A stretch of 64,000 bases of DNA from Octopus vulgaris (GCA_951406725.2 OX597819.1:52576001-52640000); one strand, 5' to 3'; numbered from the stretch's first letter, positions 1 to 12,465 are shown. The notes: generated by a model not told the origin, from the letters alone. Program-made: numbers and translations.

Positions 1-8
1 ATCTATAT

Positions 9-163
9 GGTGTAAATGACTGTGTGGTTGAGAAGTTTGCTTTGCAGTCAAATGGTTTTGGGTTCGGTCCCAGTGTGTGGCACTTTGGGCAAGTGTCTTC
101 TACAAAAGCCTCAGGCCAATCAAAGCTTTGTGAATGAATTTTGTTGACAGGAACTTTGTAGAA
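9..163 (+). mobile_element. SINE family A (tRNA-derived, CORE-like octopus SINE), degenerate 5' half
   Basis: A-box-like TGACTGTGTGG, B-box-like GGTTCGGTCCC and CTTTGGGCAAGTGTCTTCTAC core; aligns by eye to the intact copy at 35239-35640. Confidence 0.8.
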
Positions 164-616
164 CTAGGGGCAATCTTGAAAGGGTTGGTATCAAAAGGGC
201 TAAGAAACCTATTTAGAAGACAGAACTAAACTGTTTGGGGGCAGCTGGCAGCTCATAGGATAGAACATAAAGGCCTTGTAAACAGTAGGCCAAAACCTTA
301 GCCATTGGTAATTTAAAAGAAAATGGACAGATCAGAGATAGATAGATAGAGAGAGAGAGACAGAGACAGAGAGAGTAATGAGATTACAAGAAATTGAGAA
401 GTACTTTAGCATTAAAAACAAATAGCCTCCAGTTGTGTCTATATAACAAACAGTTTTTGACTGCAGTCTTTGTAAATACAGACTAAGAATAGTAGTCTTC
501 TTAAAATGAAAGCACAGAAGGGAGAGTTTCATATCTTGGTCATTAGTAATTTATTTTGCCTGCATGCTAAATAACTTTAAGATGAATAACGAATCACTGG
601 CACAATTATCAGACTA

Positions 617-837
617 TGAGGGGGTGCTAAAAATTTCCTGGCTTTGGGTAAAAGAAAATACAGGAGGATCAGCAGTTAATTAGGATTTTATTCAATGTAT
701 TCTCCTCTCAGATTTGCACACTTATTGTAGCGGCCCTTCAGTTTTTCTAAGACCTGTAAAAGAACTCAGAAGGCTGGGCCTCCAACCAGGCCTTTCCCCG
801 TGACCCTTATAGGCAAGAACTTTTCAGTGCCTCCTTG
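617..837. mobile_element. Mariner-type MITE (non-autonomous, about 220 bp)
   Basis: TA then TGAGGGGGTGCTAAAAATTTCCTGGC on the left; degenerate inverted end GGCAAGAACTTTTCAGTGCCTCCTTG on the right. Resembles CGAGGG-type mariner TIRs. No ORF. Confidence 0.6.
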
Positions 838-1601
838 CACGTGTAATAGTTTGACTGTAGACTGAGGAGGTATGAATCACATGAAGCTGGAGGACATCAG
901 ATCATTTTTATGTGTAAGAGTCTAATTATGGCTGGTAACCTGAAAAAGTATGAGCTCTTTATATTGGAAACACATCAGTGATGTGACCATTTAAGTGTGT
1001 GTGATTATATATGTATGTGGAATGGCTACAAAGTGAAGACATATAAGCTCTATTAAGCTGGAAGATATCAGTGAATATTCCAATGATCCGATTTGTTAGG
1101 AAGCATTGGATCACATCACATTACATTATGTATATATTTGGACAGAATTCACATTACTGAACACAGTTTTGTTGTAGATATACTAGACAACATTTGTTCA
1201 GGAAGTAGGGGAATATGCTACACATTATATTAGAGCAAAATGAAAGCTCAATCAATGACTGTAAACAAAAAGCTCCACTGAGAGCATGAGAGAGAGAGTG
1301 ATCAAGTAGGGTGATGATACTGCGATGGTGAGATATTCAAGAACTGAATATTCAAAATGGAGTAAAAAAAAAGAAAGAAAAAAACAAACAAACAAACAAA
1401 AGTATTTCAAAATGTCATGTGGCAATGATAGTAAACGTAGTGGTGTTGATGGTGGTGTTGTTGGTAGTGGTAGTAATTGTGGTGTTGATGGTGGGAGTGA
1501 TGGTAATAGTCATAGGGATAGGAGTAACAATAGCAATAGTTGTGATTACAGAGAGAGTAAGTTTTATCAACACATGAAAACTAAAAGTGGAAACCAATAT
1601 A

Positions 1602-1643
<42 letters not shown>

Positions 1644-3324
1644 GCATAACAATGGCTACTTTATAATAACCCCCAAAAACACAATCATTTTCTCCAATTC
1701 TTTCTACTTTTACTACTCACGTACACATCAACTCACACACATTCTCATGCATTTCTTCTGTCCATATTTTCTTACTCAGATACACACTTTCTCTATTACA
1801 CACACAAGCACAGATTCCTTCCAACCCCTCTCTCTCTCTCTAATTCATACAAGCACACAAATTCTCTCTCTGCCTCCCTCACTCTCACACACACACCAGC
1901 CACAAGTGGTCAGTGGCCATGTATTTCAACATAAACATTATAGATTTTTCAACCACAATGAAGCAATGTGGTTCTCACTGGGTCATTTAGCACAGTAAGT
2001 TAGAAATATGTCTTATTGGCAGCGTTTTATTTATAGCTTCTGCATTTGCCTCTTTGGAACCAACATCTTGGAATTTATCTCATAATAACCTCACCTAACT
2101 TTAATATTTTCTATAGCTTACACAGATACACACACACACATATTTCTCACTCTATTCAACTTACATGTCTGTGTACATATGTTCGTACAAACACATACAC
2201 ACACATAATATGTATGAATGCATGTGTTTGTGTGTGAACCTGTAGTAAAAAAAAAAAAAGTTTGTAAACTAAGTACTTTCCAAAATTCAGACATGTGAAT
2301 TACACATATAACTGAATAAACGCAAGCATAAACATTTACGTGTGCATGCACACATGCATACACTGCATCATTTTCTCTCAATATCATACACACACATATA
2401 GACACAAGCACAGACATACATTCTCTCTCTCTCACACACACAAACACACACACCTGACCAAATAGTTATGTATCTACAATCATGCACCTATATATCACCA
2501 ACATAAACTCCTGTGTAATACGTAAGCCATACATACACAGACAGACAGTCTGAAACAAATTGACACACACACAAAGGTACAGAGAGAAAAAGACAGACAG
2601 ACAGACAGAGATGGAGAGAGAGAGAGAGACAAAGAGAGAAGAGACATTCAATGGTGAGCAAAATACATTAGTCATCTCAAAATAAGATGCTAAATAGATG
2701 TGCAAGAGCAATGGACGTCTGACAAATGTGAACAGTGCAAACATGTCCAGAAATATGCTTTAGCAAGAGCTTTGAGCCGGAGTATTAATGGGACAGCAAG
2801 GAGATAAGGATTGGAATATTAGACAGGACATACAAAGCATGCCTGGAAACGTGCACAAAGACATGCACAGATCCCTACCAAACACCACCACCACTACTAC
2901 TACATACACAATATTCAAAATTATTGGAATCCAAGAGCATTGGAATGGCTTTTATCAATAAGAATTGATAACTAAATTCAATTGAAAGGAGGGAAGGAGA
3001 ATTTGATGCTGATGACAATGATAATAATTATGATAATTGTGGTAGTGATGGAGATGATGCTGGTGACAACTATTTTGACAAGAATGATGACAGAAAATTA
3101 AGTAGGGGGCAGTACAAAAAGCCCCAAAATTAGTGTAGCAGAAGTCTCTGTGCAGTTTCTCAATTTGTTAGTCAGAGACATTGAATTACTCTCAAATAAC
3201 AATCTAACATCTTATAGATACTGTAGTACCCAATATAAAAAAAAGGCTGGAATGATCATGGCTAGAATGCATTTGAGCATAGGTCTACTCAGTCGAGACT
3301 GGCAAGAGGCTAAATAACAACAGC

Positions 3325-3660
3325 TACCTATAAAGAGAAAAGACTGGTGCTTCCAATGAGAACACAACCATATCTCTAAAGAGAACATGGTAATTCCAGA
3401 GAGAAAGCAATGGTACCTCTAAAAACAACACAGAACAGTACCACCAACGAAACCAAATAATGTCCCTGAGAAAAACGTAACAGTATGTCGAAAGATAATA
3501 ATAGTACCTGAAATATAAGATAACTGCTTCCAAAGAGAACAAAACAGTACACCTAATGATAACACAACAGTACCTCCAAAAACCACACAACTGTATCTTC
3601 AGAGGGAAAGCAAGCCTACCTAGAAGAGAACACAGCAACACTCCAAAAGACAACAAAACA
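3325..3660 (+). repeat. Degenerate minisatellite, unit about 23 bp (GAGAACACAACAGTACCTCCAAA-like)
   Basis: Recurrent AACACAACAGTACCTCCAAA-like units; a related array lies at 13090-13405. Confidence 0.65.
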
Positions 3661-5171
3661 TTAGGCCAAAAATTATCACATTGAGAGTGAAGCAAAGAGT
3701 TGAAAACAATAAACAACTGTAAATGGCTAAGAGATTTTAAAAACAAATCTGCCTCAGGCAGGCAATGCTATAACTAGATCTGAAACAATGATTGAATTCA
3801 CAATTTTACTTAGTTCAGTGACAAATTACAACAACATCTCCGAGCTAAAATTTCCAAGAAACAAATTAAATTTGTCTTCTTTTTTTAAAAAAAAATATAT
3901 ATAAAATATAAAATCAGATAAGCAGAGACATTGTTTGAATATAGAAAGAACATATAGATTCAAGCATGAAAATACATAGATATATGCATGCGCACACACA
4001 AAGACATCCATTTAAGCACATCACGTACACATGCATATACAAATATTCATACATATACACATTACTCAGTCATACATCCATTTAAGTACATTATACACAC
4101 ACACATCACAAACAGACATACACACACGCATTTGATATAAGTACCTGGTAAATACTAGAGTTGATTTAATTGACTGTCTGTCCCTACATAAGTATGGTTT
4201 TGTGTGAATGTAGGGGAACTAACATTTCATTTACCACATGTGAGGACCATAAATAGAATCAGCTAACCAAATTTTGGTATTCAGAAAATGGGAGGACTTC
4301 ATGGGTAAGGTGAAAAAGAAAGCGTGAATAAACATGTGTTTCTGAAGAAAATTACCATTAAATAACCCTCTTAGAGAGGTGGGAATGAGTATGGCTTTGT
4401 CAGAGGATAAATGGTCAGTGTCCATAACAATTGAAGGACTCTGAGGTTGGTAACAAAAGCAAAACAGAAACCATGACTTATCAAATACAGTCCATCAGAT
4501 AAGCGCTTCTACACAGTTTCTGTCCATTAGATTTCACTCACAAGGTCTGAGTTGACTAAAAATTTCACACTGAGGGACAAACTTAGAAACATGTGATTGA
4601 TAAGAGACCATTTTAACCACAGGGTCCATAGGGGGTGTAATTCTTAAAGTCCTGTAGTGCTTTTGTGTATAAATCTTTCAATCTTGTTAGAAACTAGAGA
4701 GTTTGATAAAATGCATTTAGTCCCTAAAGATGAAACTATTGTATGAATTTGAATGAAGTTTGCCAATACACTGTAACAATGGTTGGTACACACTGGGAAT
4801 GTGGTTTATACCTGTTGTTGATTTGTAGCTGTCGTCAGGTCACTTTCACCAGCCAAAGTAGGTTGAATACACTAAAGTTGAATGCTTTCATATATATTTA
4901 CAAAATATCTATTCCTGGACATCAATTTCAAAATTGAATGATTAATTAACCCTCACTGTACTTTCTATTACTCTTTTACTTGTTTCAGTCATTTGACTGC
5001 GGCCATGCTGGAGCACCGCCTTTAGTTGAGCAAATTGACCCCAGGACTTATTCTTTGTAAGCCTAGTACTTATTCTATTGGTCTCTTTTGCCAAACCGCT
5101 AAGTTACGGGGACGCAAACACACCACCACCAGTCGTCAAGAAATGTTGGGGGGACAAACACAGACACACAA

Positions 5172-5210
<39 letters not shown>

Positions 5211-5222
<12 letters not shown>

Positions 5223-5560
5223 TTCGAGACAAAACCACTATTTTGCAAAACAAACAAGGAAAGACTTAATCAATACATAAAAATTTTTTTAATATAAAGA
5301 AATAAACCGCCACTACAATCGTTTCATGTCTTCAATCCACCTGACGAATGTCATTGAAGACATGAAACGATTGTAGTGGCAGTTTATTTCTTTATATTAA
5401 AAAAATTTTTATGTATAGATTAAGTCTTTCCTTGTTTGTTTTGCAAAATAGTGGTTTTGTCTCAAATTAATATTATATAATATTTTACTATAAAATTGGA
5501 TTTAATCCTAAATCTGATTTTTCCCCTGTAAATTTTGATTTATTCCCTAATATTTATTAA
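5211..5560 (+). mobile_element. Penelope-like element terminal (pseudo-LTR) remnant with inverted partial copy
   Basis: Arms 5211-5336 and 5353-5478 (126 bp each, 3 mismatches) surround a hammerhead core. Inserted in (TA)n. Inverted truncated termini with a minimal hammerhead are known hallmarks of Penelope-like elements. Confidence 0.7.
5337..5379 (+). ncRNA. Minimal type I hammerhead ribozyme
   Basis: CCAC-CTGACGA-ATGTC(attgaa)GACAT-GAAA-C(gatt)G-TA-GTGG. Stem I is CCAC/GTGG, stem II is ATGTC/GACAT, the CUGANGA and GAAA core is intact, and the predicted GUA cleavage is after 5375. Confidence 0.8.
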
Positions 5561-5903
5561 TATATATATATATATACGACGGGCTTCTTTCAGTTTCTGT
5601 CTACTAAATCCACTCACAAGGCTTTGGTCAACCCGAGGCTATAGTAGAAGACACTTGCCCAAGGTGCCACACAGTGGGAATGAACCTGGAGCCATGTGGG
5701 TGGTAAGCAAGCTACTTACCACATAACCACTCCTGCACCTATGCACACAGCCATGATTAACTTTTCGATGGTGATGTAACATGGTAATTGTTTGCAAATC
5801 AGTTCTCGCAACCTCTTTCTAGTGGCCAGTAAATAGTAAAATATGAGTATCACATCATATGAAATGGGGGAATTCTGGAAAGTACCTCACTATCAAAAAT
5901 TAG

Positions 5904-5976
5904 TTAACACAGTTCCGGTGTGCTAAGTGCACATGCACATAACTGAGTATACTCAGTTACCACACAGTAAGGGTCA
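5904..5976. repeat. Short TTAA-type MITE remnant containing a perfect 20-bp palindrome
   Basis: TAACTGAGTATACTCAGTTA (5940-5959) is self-complementary. It is bounded by TTAACAC... and ...AAGGGTCAA. Confidence 0.4.
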
Positions 5977-6194
5977 ATAAATGATAAAAAATAAATTATT
6001 AATAATATCAGTGAATTCTAATTCCCTGCATGATGTATTAACTACCATTAACCTTTAGCATGCTGAAGGTGTATCATGCTGCTTACAGCACAAATATAGA
6101 AGACAACATATATTTTGAGTTAAAAGGAGAGCTAGAAAATTCAGTCCAATTACACATTGCTTATCCACATAAGTCCATAACTGGTAATACAAGA

Positions 6195-6625
6195 ACATCT
6201 TTCATGGTTACACAATGTACCTGAAATAGTAGCCAAATTTTCCTCAAATCAAATCCAACCATCTTTAACCCTTTTGGTACCAACCCAGCTAAAACCAGCT
6301 CTGGCTCTGTAGTACAAATGTCATGTTTCCAAAAGTTCCGAATTAAAATCTTTCACCAAACCTTAGTCACAATTTATGTTCCTAATACTAGCTTAATGAT
6401 AACTAAGTTATTTTACTAAATTATAATTTATATTTAAAATTAATTGAAAGAAACATATAGCATCTCAACAGAAATATCGTAACAAAAGAGTTGAATAGGA
6501 AGGAGACAATATTCTATGTACACTGTGGATCTAAGAAAAAAAAAAAAATGAAGTGTTGGTCATAGATGGAATGTTTATGATCATATATCAGCCCAGCCAA
6601 AGCTAACCTGGAGCTAAAAAGAATA
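6195..6625 (+). mobile_element. Dispersed about 250 bp repeat family D (ends in GGGCTAAAC(AAC)n-like tail), interrupted by a TTAA MITE
   Basis: GAAATAGTAGCCAAAT...CCTCAAATC head and GGTCAT...TGATCAT...GAGCTAAA tail. Related copies at about 3210-3322, 7245-7480, 30400-30630, 33860-34050, 35825-35990, 36815-36980, 43540-43765 and 60425-60680. Confidence 0.6.
6265..6494. mobile_element. TTAA-flanked MITE (piggyBac-like termini)
   Basis: TTAA-CCCTTTTGGTACC ... CGTAACAAAAGAG-TTGA. Same family as 28062-28282, 34964-35189 and 42992-43220. Confidence 0.75.
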
Positions 6626-6714
6626 GTATCTGGCATTTATTGGTGCTTTTGTTGTTGAGAGACCATGGTCATCTGAGATCAAGTTGACTTCTGGTTCAGA
6701 AAAAGTTGATCAAG

Positions 6715-6945
6715 TGTGTGTATGTGTGAGTGTGCGTGCATGTGTCTTTGTTGGTCACTACCACCACTTGACAACTAGCTTTATTTTGTTTTCATATACA
6801 TCCCTAACCTAGCTGTTCAACAAAAGAGACTGACAGAATAAGAACCAGACTTCAAATAAAAACTGGGTTTGATTTGGTCAACTAGCCTCACAAGACAGTG
6901 CTCCAGCATGGCCACAGTCCAGTGACTGAAACAAGTACAAAAAAA
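6715..6945 (+). mobile_element. SINE family A, 3' half, degenerate
   Basis: CACTTGACAAC...CAAAAGAGACTGACAGAATAAG...GTGCTCCAGCATGGCCACAGTCCAGTGACTGAAACAAGTA. Confidence 0.8.
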
Positions 6946-7757
6946 ACCTCAAATAAAAGCATATATGGTAATAAAGCTATTATAACTACTAAACATACTA
7001 CAGTTTTATATTTCATCTTTTTTTACTTTGTTTTTCTTTTTACTTATTTCTTTCATTGCTACTTGTTGAGTAGCTTCTGTTAGTTCTATTTGAGCTGACC
7101 AAGCACAAAGATAAACCAACTAAAACCAGCTAAGCATGGCATGGCGATAAGTAAATTTCCTCCTTTCTAACTTAACTTTTGTTTGTTTGTTTTTTTTTTT
7201 TCTCCCCTTAACACACTCAAATTCTCTTCCTCGTTGTTCTTGTTGTTGCTGTTTAGCCTCGAGTCAGCCCTGATCAAGCAGAACTATGATCAAAAGGTGT
7301 TTCAGCTGTGACCATCCAATCTTTTTTTTCTTCTTTTTTTTTCAAACCTTCAGACATAAGATATAATGTATCTAGGACTTAATTATGCAATATGTTCTTT
7401 TTATTTTCTTTCGGCAACAATGTGGTGTGACTTGATGAAGATTTAGTTGCTATTTCCAGCAAACTGAGTGACTATATAGACATGGACTATAAACTGGACA
7501 GAAAGCAAACTCTACCTTCTGCTCCATGTTCACCTTCCAATAGTTGAAATGCTGGTCCAGAGCTACACCAAGAGTAAAACAGAATGGATAGTCTAATCTT
7601 GGCTGCCTTGGAAAGCAATGAGATCCTCACTGCCAATGAATGCCTAAGGAGTGGCAAAAAGCTAAGGGGGTTAGCACTAATAGTAAATCAACTGATCACT
7701 GACCAAACCTATCCTAAAGAGAGCATGAAAATGCAATGACTATGTTACCTCTGAAGT

Positions 7758-7998
7758 GGAGGCACGTGACTTAGTGGTTAGGGTGTCAGCATCATGATTG
7801 TAAGATTGTGATTTTGAGTCCTGGATCAGGTGACGCATTGTGTTCTTGAGCAAAACACTTCATTTCACGTTGCTCCAGTCCACTCAGCTGGCAAAAACGA
7901 GTAATGCTGTGATGGACTGGCGTCCTGTCCAGCTGGGGAACACATACGCCATAGAAACTGGGAAACCGGGCCCATGAGCCTGGCTAGGCTTTAAAAAA
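7758..7998 (+). mobile_element. tRNA-derived SINE, family C-related head with a different 3' domain
   Basis: A-box TGACTTAGTGG, core GTGTTCTTGAGCAAAACACTT...GCTCCAGTCCACTCAGCTG shared with 60968-61240, then a TGTGATGGACTGGCGTCCTGTCCAG domain. Confidence 0.75.
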
Positions 7999-7999
7999 G

Positions 8000-8180
8000 T
8001 GAACACAACAATGCGAGGACATGGAACAAGTATAGTGTTATTGGACGCTAAGGAAAGGAAAGAAAGAAGGAGGATTTAACATTTCGAGTGGAGCTCTTCG
8101 TCAGAAACATAGAAAAGGGAAAGGTCCAAGGAAGGGAAAACGGAGAAAGAAAATCGCCAACAATACACACGCGGTCCATA
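8000..8180 (-). mobile_element. Penelope-like terminal remnant with hammerhead-like motif
   Basis: Minus strand reads GTTT-CTGACGA-A-GAG(ctcca)CTC-GAAA-TGTT-AAAT (about 8074-8108). Abuts a TA microsatellite. Confidence 0.55.
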
Positions 8181-8194
8181 CATATATACATATG

Positions 8195-8225
<31 letters not shown>

Positions 8226-8267
8226 ATACATACATATATATATATATACACATACACACACATCAGT

Positions 8268-8420
8268 ATCATCATTGTTTAACATCTGCCTTCCATACTG
8301 GCATGGCTGGGATGGTTTGACAGACAGCAGCCAGGCAGAAGCCAGCACCAGACTTCTGTGACAGTTTTGGCACGATTTTTACAGCTACATGCCCTTCCTA
8401 ACACCAACCACTCAGCAGAT
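8268..8420 (-). mobile_element. RTE-type LINE 3' tail fragment with (GAT)n end
   Basis: CATCATTGTTTAACATCTGCCTTCCATACTGGCATGG...GCCCTTCCTAACACCAACCACTC matches the LINE 3' end at 58071-58230. Confidence 0.7.
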
Positions 8421-9762
8421 ATACATATATATATATATATAGATATATATACATACATACAAACACACACACACAAACACAACTTTCCTTGTAAAAATTT
8501 AATATATATGTGTATGTGCATCTTTGTGCATCTGTACATATATGTGTATTACAACAAAGTTTGCAAAACAATTATATATGTATCTATGTATATAGACATA
8601 CATACACACACCTTTCTCTTTAAATCATTGTTATTTTTTCCCCCACAACATCCAACCCATCGCTATCAAAAATTAAGACTCTAATCACATATAGTATATA
8701 TAACAAGTGGCACCAACATGACAATATTGGCTGATTCTTGCAGACAATAACAGAGCATACAGACAACAATACAGTTTATAATGACTATTCTTACACAATG
8801 CTGAAACCTTAGTTCCACACACACACACACACAGTGAGAATGTGATTGTTGTAGCTGTGTCAGGAGAATATAGATTCATTTCTTAATAACAATCACAGAA
8901 ATAAACTAAAAATATCAAAATATTTGTTACCTACAAGAACAACGACAACAACAATATGTTCCAGTCGCAGTCTATCCAAACACCCATAGCCACAGAAGAA
9001 AAACAAAAATAAAGCAAAAACAATAATGACCTAACATAAAAAAAAAATGACAGATTGTTTTGTGTGTGCGTGTGTTTTTTTTTTAAAAAAAACCCAAAAC
9101 CTCGAATATTTGTTAGATTCTCATAGAATTACAATTACCGCTCTATTCTTAAGCAGCTTGTATATCTGAGTATACAAAAAAAAAAAACCAACTTATTTTT
9201 AACAATATATATAAAGAGAGAATCTAAATTAGATCAAGCCCGAATCTTAAACAAATCTGAACAATAAAAATTACAGAAGGAACAAAGAAGGAGGAGGAGA
9301 CGCAGAGCAGGAGGAAGAGGAGGAGATAAAATAAGACTACGTTAAAATAAAATAAAAATATATGAAAATCGTGAAAAAAGCCAAAAAACAAAAATCTATT
9401 TTTAAAAAGAAACATGAAAAAAAAATCTATCAAAACATTAAATACAAATGATGATGATGATGATGGCAGCAGATACTAAGAAGAAGAAGAAACAGGAAAT
9501 ATCAAAATGAAATGTGAAAGAAAATATTTAATCTACGAGTGGAAAGAAAGAGAATTCTAATGGTATTTTTTAATAAAACTAAATAAATTTATCTGTTTGC
9601 ACTCCACCATCTTAGCTCACCACCACTTCTGCCCCACTCTTTCTCTGTCTCTCTCTCTCTCTCTCCACACACACACACGCATGCGCGCGCAAATATATAG
9701 ATAAGTATATAGCTTTATACACTTACCTATCAACCTATCTGTCTATACATACATATATTTCG

Positions 9763-9795
<33 letters not shown>

Positions 9796-10621
9796 CATAT
9801 ATATATACACACACACACAAGCATGTAGCTCTATACACTTACCTATCTGTCTTCTATATATACATAGCATATATATATATATATATACATATATATGGAA
9901 AAAGAGAGAGAGAGAGGGTGTATCTATCTATATATATATATACACACACACATGATTATACACATGTACATAACTATATTCACACATCTCTCTCTTTCTC
10001 TCTCTCTCTCTATATAAATATACATACATATATACACATACACATATATATAGGTGTGTGCATACACAAATGCATGTATATACATGTAAATGTTTATGCT
10101 GGTGTGCATGCGTGTATATATTTGTAAGTGAATGTGCTTGTTTGTATGTATGTGTACACATGTAAATGATTTTGTGTGTTAACATGTGCTCACGCACATG
10201 TGTTAGTGTGTGCCTCTGTGTGTGTGTGTTTGCGCGCGCGTGTATGTGTGTGTATTAATATATTTCATGAAATCAGGGAATATTTAAGCCATTCGGTGCA
10301 GGCAATCATCAATTTCTAATCAAGATATCTTGTCTTCTCTCAGATTTCCGGAGGTTGGATGCAGTGGGTGAAGAGGTTTGAGAAGGGGAAGCCGTCTTGA
10401 ACACATTAAGAGCAATGGTGGTGGTGGTGGTGACTGTTGTGGTAGTGGTATTTAAAGCAAACAAAACTAATGTGTAAAAAAAAAACAGAAAGAAAATTAA
10501 GAAAAAAAGAAGTAAGTGGAAAAGCAGAAGAAAAATGTTGGAGATTACGACAACATGCTGTTAAAATAAATCTTTTCAGAGATACAAATTTGCAAAACTA
10601 AAGAGCTAAGCAATGAATAAA

Positions 10622-10668
<47 letters not shown>

Positions 10669-11120
10669 GTCACATGAAATAAATGGAATACATATTATAA
10701 ATAAAGAGTAATGAGGAGCAACACAATAGGGAAGTCAGAAGTATGAAACAGTGATGGCTATTATTAGTTTGAAATATATGTAAGTATAGTTCTGTGTTTG
10801 TGTGTGAGCAAGGAAGGGAGCATGATAATAAGAAAATTAGCAGAGAAAATTTGTTCCTGTGGCAACTGTCACAGATAGGCTACAACAAGACAATATAACT
10901 TAATAACATGTGTGACGTGACATATGACGTTGATATGTAACGAAACACAAATGACGTGAGTAATAAGCATAGCAACGCTGAGTGCGATATAAATGATGTG
11001 GCACATACAGTGTAGCAGCAACAAAGACGGTACGCTGGGACGAATACAGCACATGATGAGGAAAGAAATTTGATGATGATGCGATACATTTGACATAATG
11101 ACTTAAGTAATGTAACAATA

Positions 11121-11353
11121 CCTACTTCTTTACTGCCCACAAGGGGCTAAACACAGAGGGGACAAACAAGGACAGACATAGGTATTAAGTCGATTACATC
11201 GACCCCAGTGCGTAACTGGTACTTAATTTATCGACCCCGAAAGAATGAAAAGCAAAGTCGACCTCGGCGGAATTTGAACTCACAACGTAATGGCAGACGA
11301 AATACCGCTAAGCATTTCGCCCGGCGAGCTAACGTTTCTGCCAGCTTGCCGCC
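11121..11353 (-). mobile_element. SINE family B, young full-length copy
   Basis: Minus strand GGCGGCAAGCTGGCAGAAACGTTAGC...GAGTTCAAATTCCGCCGAGGTCGAC...TTCGGGGTCGATAAATTAAGTACCAG...; CpGs largely intact. Confidence 0.85.
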
Positions 11354-11440
11354 TTTGCCATCTCGATACCATAGGCAATATTATAAATGTAAAATTAAAT
11401 ACAATCAACATAAAACATATCAAGTGATAGGTGACCTTTT

Positions 11441-11663
11441 TTCTTTACTTCTTTCAGTCATTTGAGTGTGATCATGCTGGGGCACCACCGTGAGGGGTTT
11501 TTATTTAGTTAAACAAACTGACCCTAGGACTTAGTTTTTGTATTTAAGCCTCGTACTTATCCAATTGGTTTCTTTTGTCAAACCGCTAAGGGGACATAAA
11601 TATTCCAACACTGGTTGTCAAGTGGTGGTGGGAGACAAATACAGACACAAAGACACACACACA

Positions 11664-11731
<68 letters not shown>

Positions 11732-11946
11732 CATACATATACATGACAGGTTTCTTTCAGTTTCCATCTACCAAATCCACTTACAAGGCTTTGGTCAGCC
11801 TGAGGCTATAGTAGAAGACACTTGCCCAAGGTGCCACGCAGTGGGACTGAACCTAGAACCATGTGGTTGGTAAGCAAGCTACTTATACAGAATGGGACTG
11901 AACCTGGAACCATGTGGTTGGGAAGCAAGCCTTTTGCCACACAGCC
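11441..11946 (-). mobile_element. SINE family A, full length, with tandem duplication of part of the head
   Basis: Standard body and internal TA tract. GGGACTGAACCT(A/G)GAACCATGTGGTTGG(T/G)AAGCAAGC occurs twice (about 11843 and 11894). Confidence 0.85.
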
Positions 11947-12306
11947 AGGGCAGTGCCATGTAGAACATAAGACAATGATATATATATATATACATGTATA
12001 TATATATATATATATATACATGTATATATATACATGTATATGTATACAAAGAACATTAAAAATATAGACAAAACTGATGACCCATAGTGGGCCTTGAGTA
12101 GATGAAGCTATAAATAGTAAGGTGTAGAATACTGGGTAAAAAAGAAAGTATCCCTTGGATGAGAAGAATGTCAAAGGCTAGCACTATTTACTTTCAATTT
12201 TGCCGTTAAAAATGATTTTTCTAATAATTTATATCTTGATGATATATGTTTACAGGAATATATAAATGAAAGGGTGTGTGTGTGTGTGTGTGTGTGTATG
12301 TGAGTA

Positions 12307-12465
12307 TGCAGGTGTGGCCATGTGGTAAGAAGTTTGCTTCCCAACCACACAGTTGCAGGTTCAGTCCTACTGCAAGACACCTTGGGCAAGTATCTTTTAT
12401 AGCTTTGGGCCAATCAAAACCTTGTGAGTGGATTTGGTACCCAGAAACTGAATGAAACCTGTCTT
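12307..12465 (+). mobile_element. SINE family A 5' half
   Basis: GCAGGTGTGGCCATGTGGTAAG...GGTTCAGTCC...CCTTGGGCAAGTATCTT...GAAACTGAA. Confidence 0.8.

Larger units (their letters stand above)
4968..5739 (-). mobile_element. SINE family A, full length, with a Penelope-like insert in its internal TA tract
   Basis: Tail TTACTCTTTTACT at 4968, 3' body to about 5175, TA tract, then 5' half from about 5575 to the head ending TCCTGCACC at 5739. Confidence 0.9.

Noticed and set aside
10320-10436. Possible minus-strand terminal exon (SPPPPPLLLMCSRRLPLLKPLHPLHPTSGNLREDKIS*)
   Set aside because: Weak acceptor context, no recognisable homology, and the reading frame is ambiguous.
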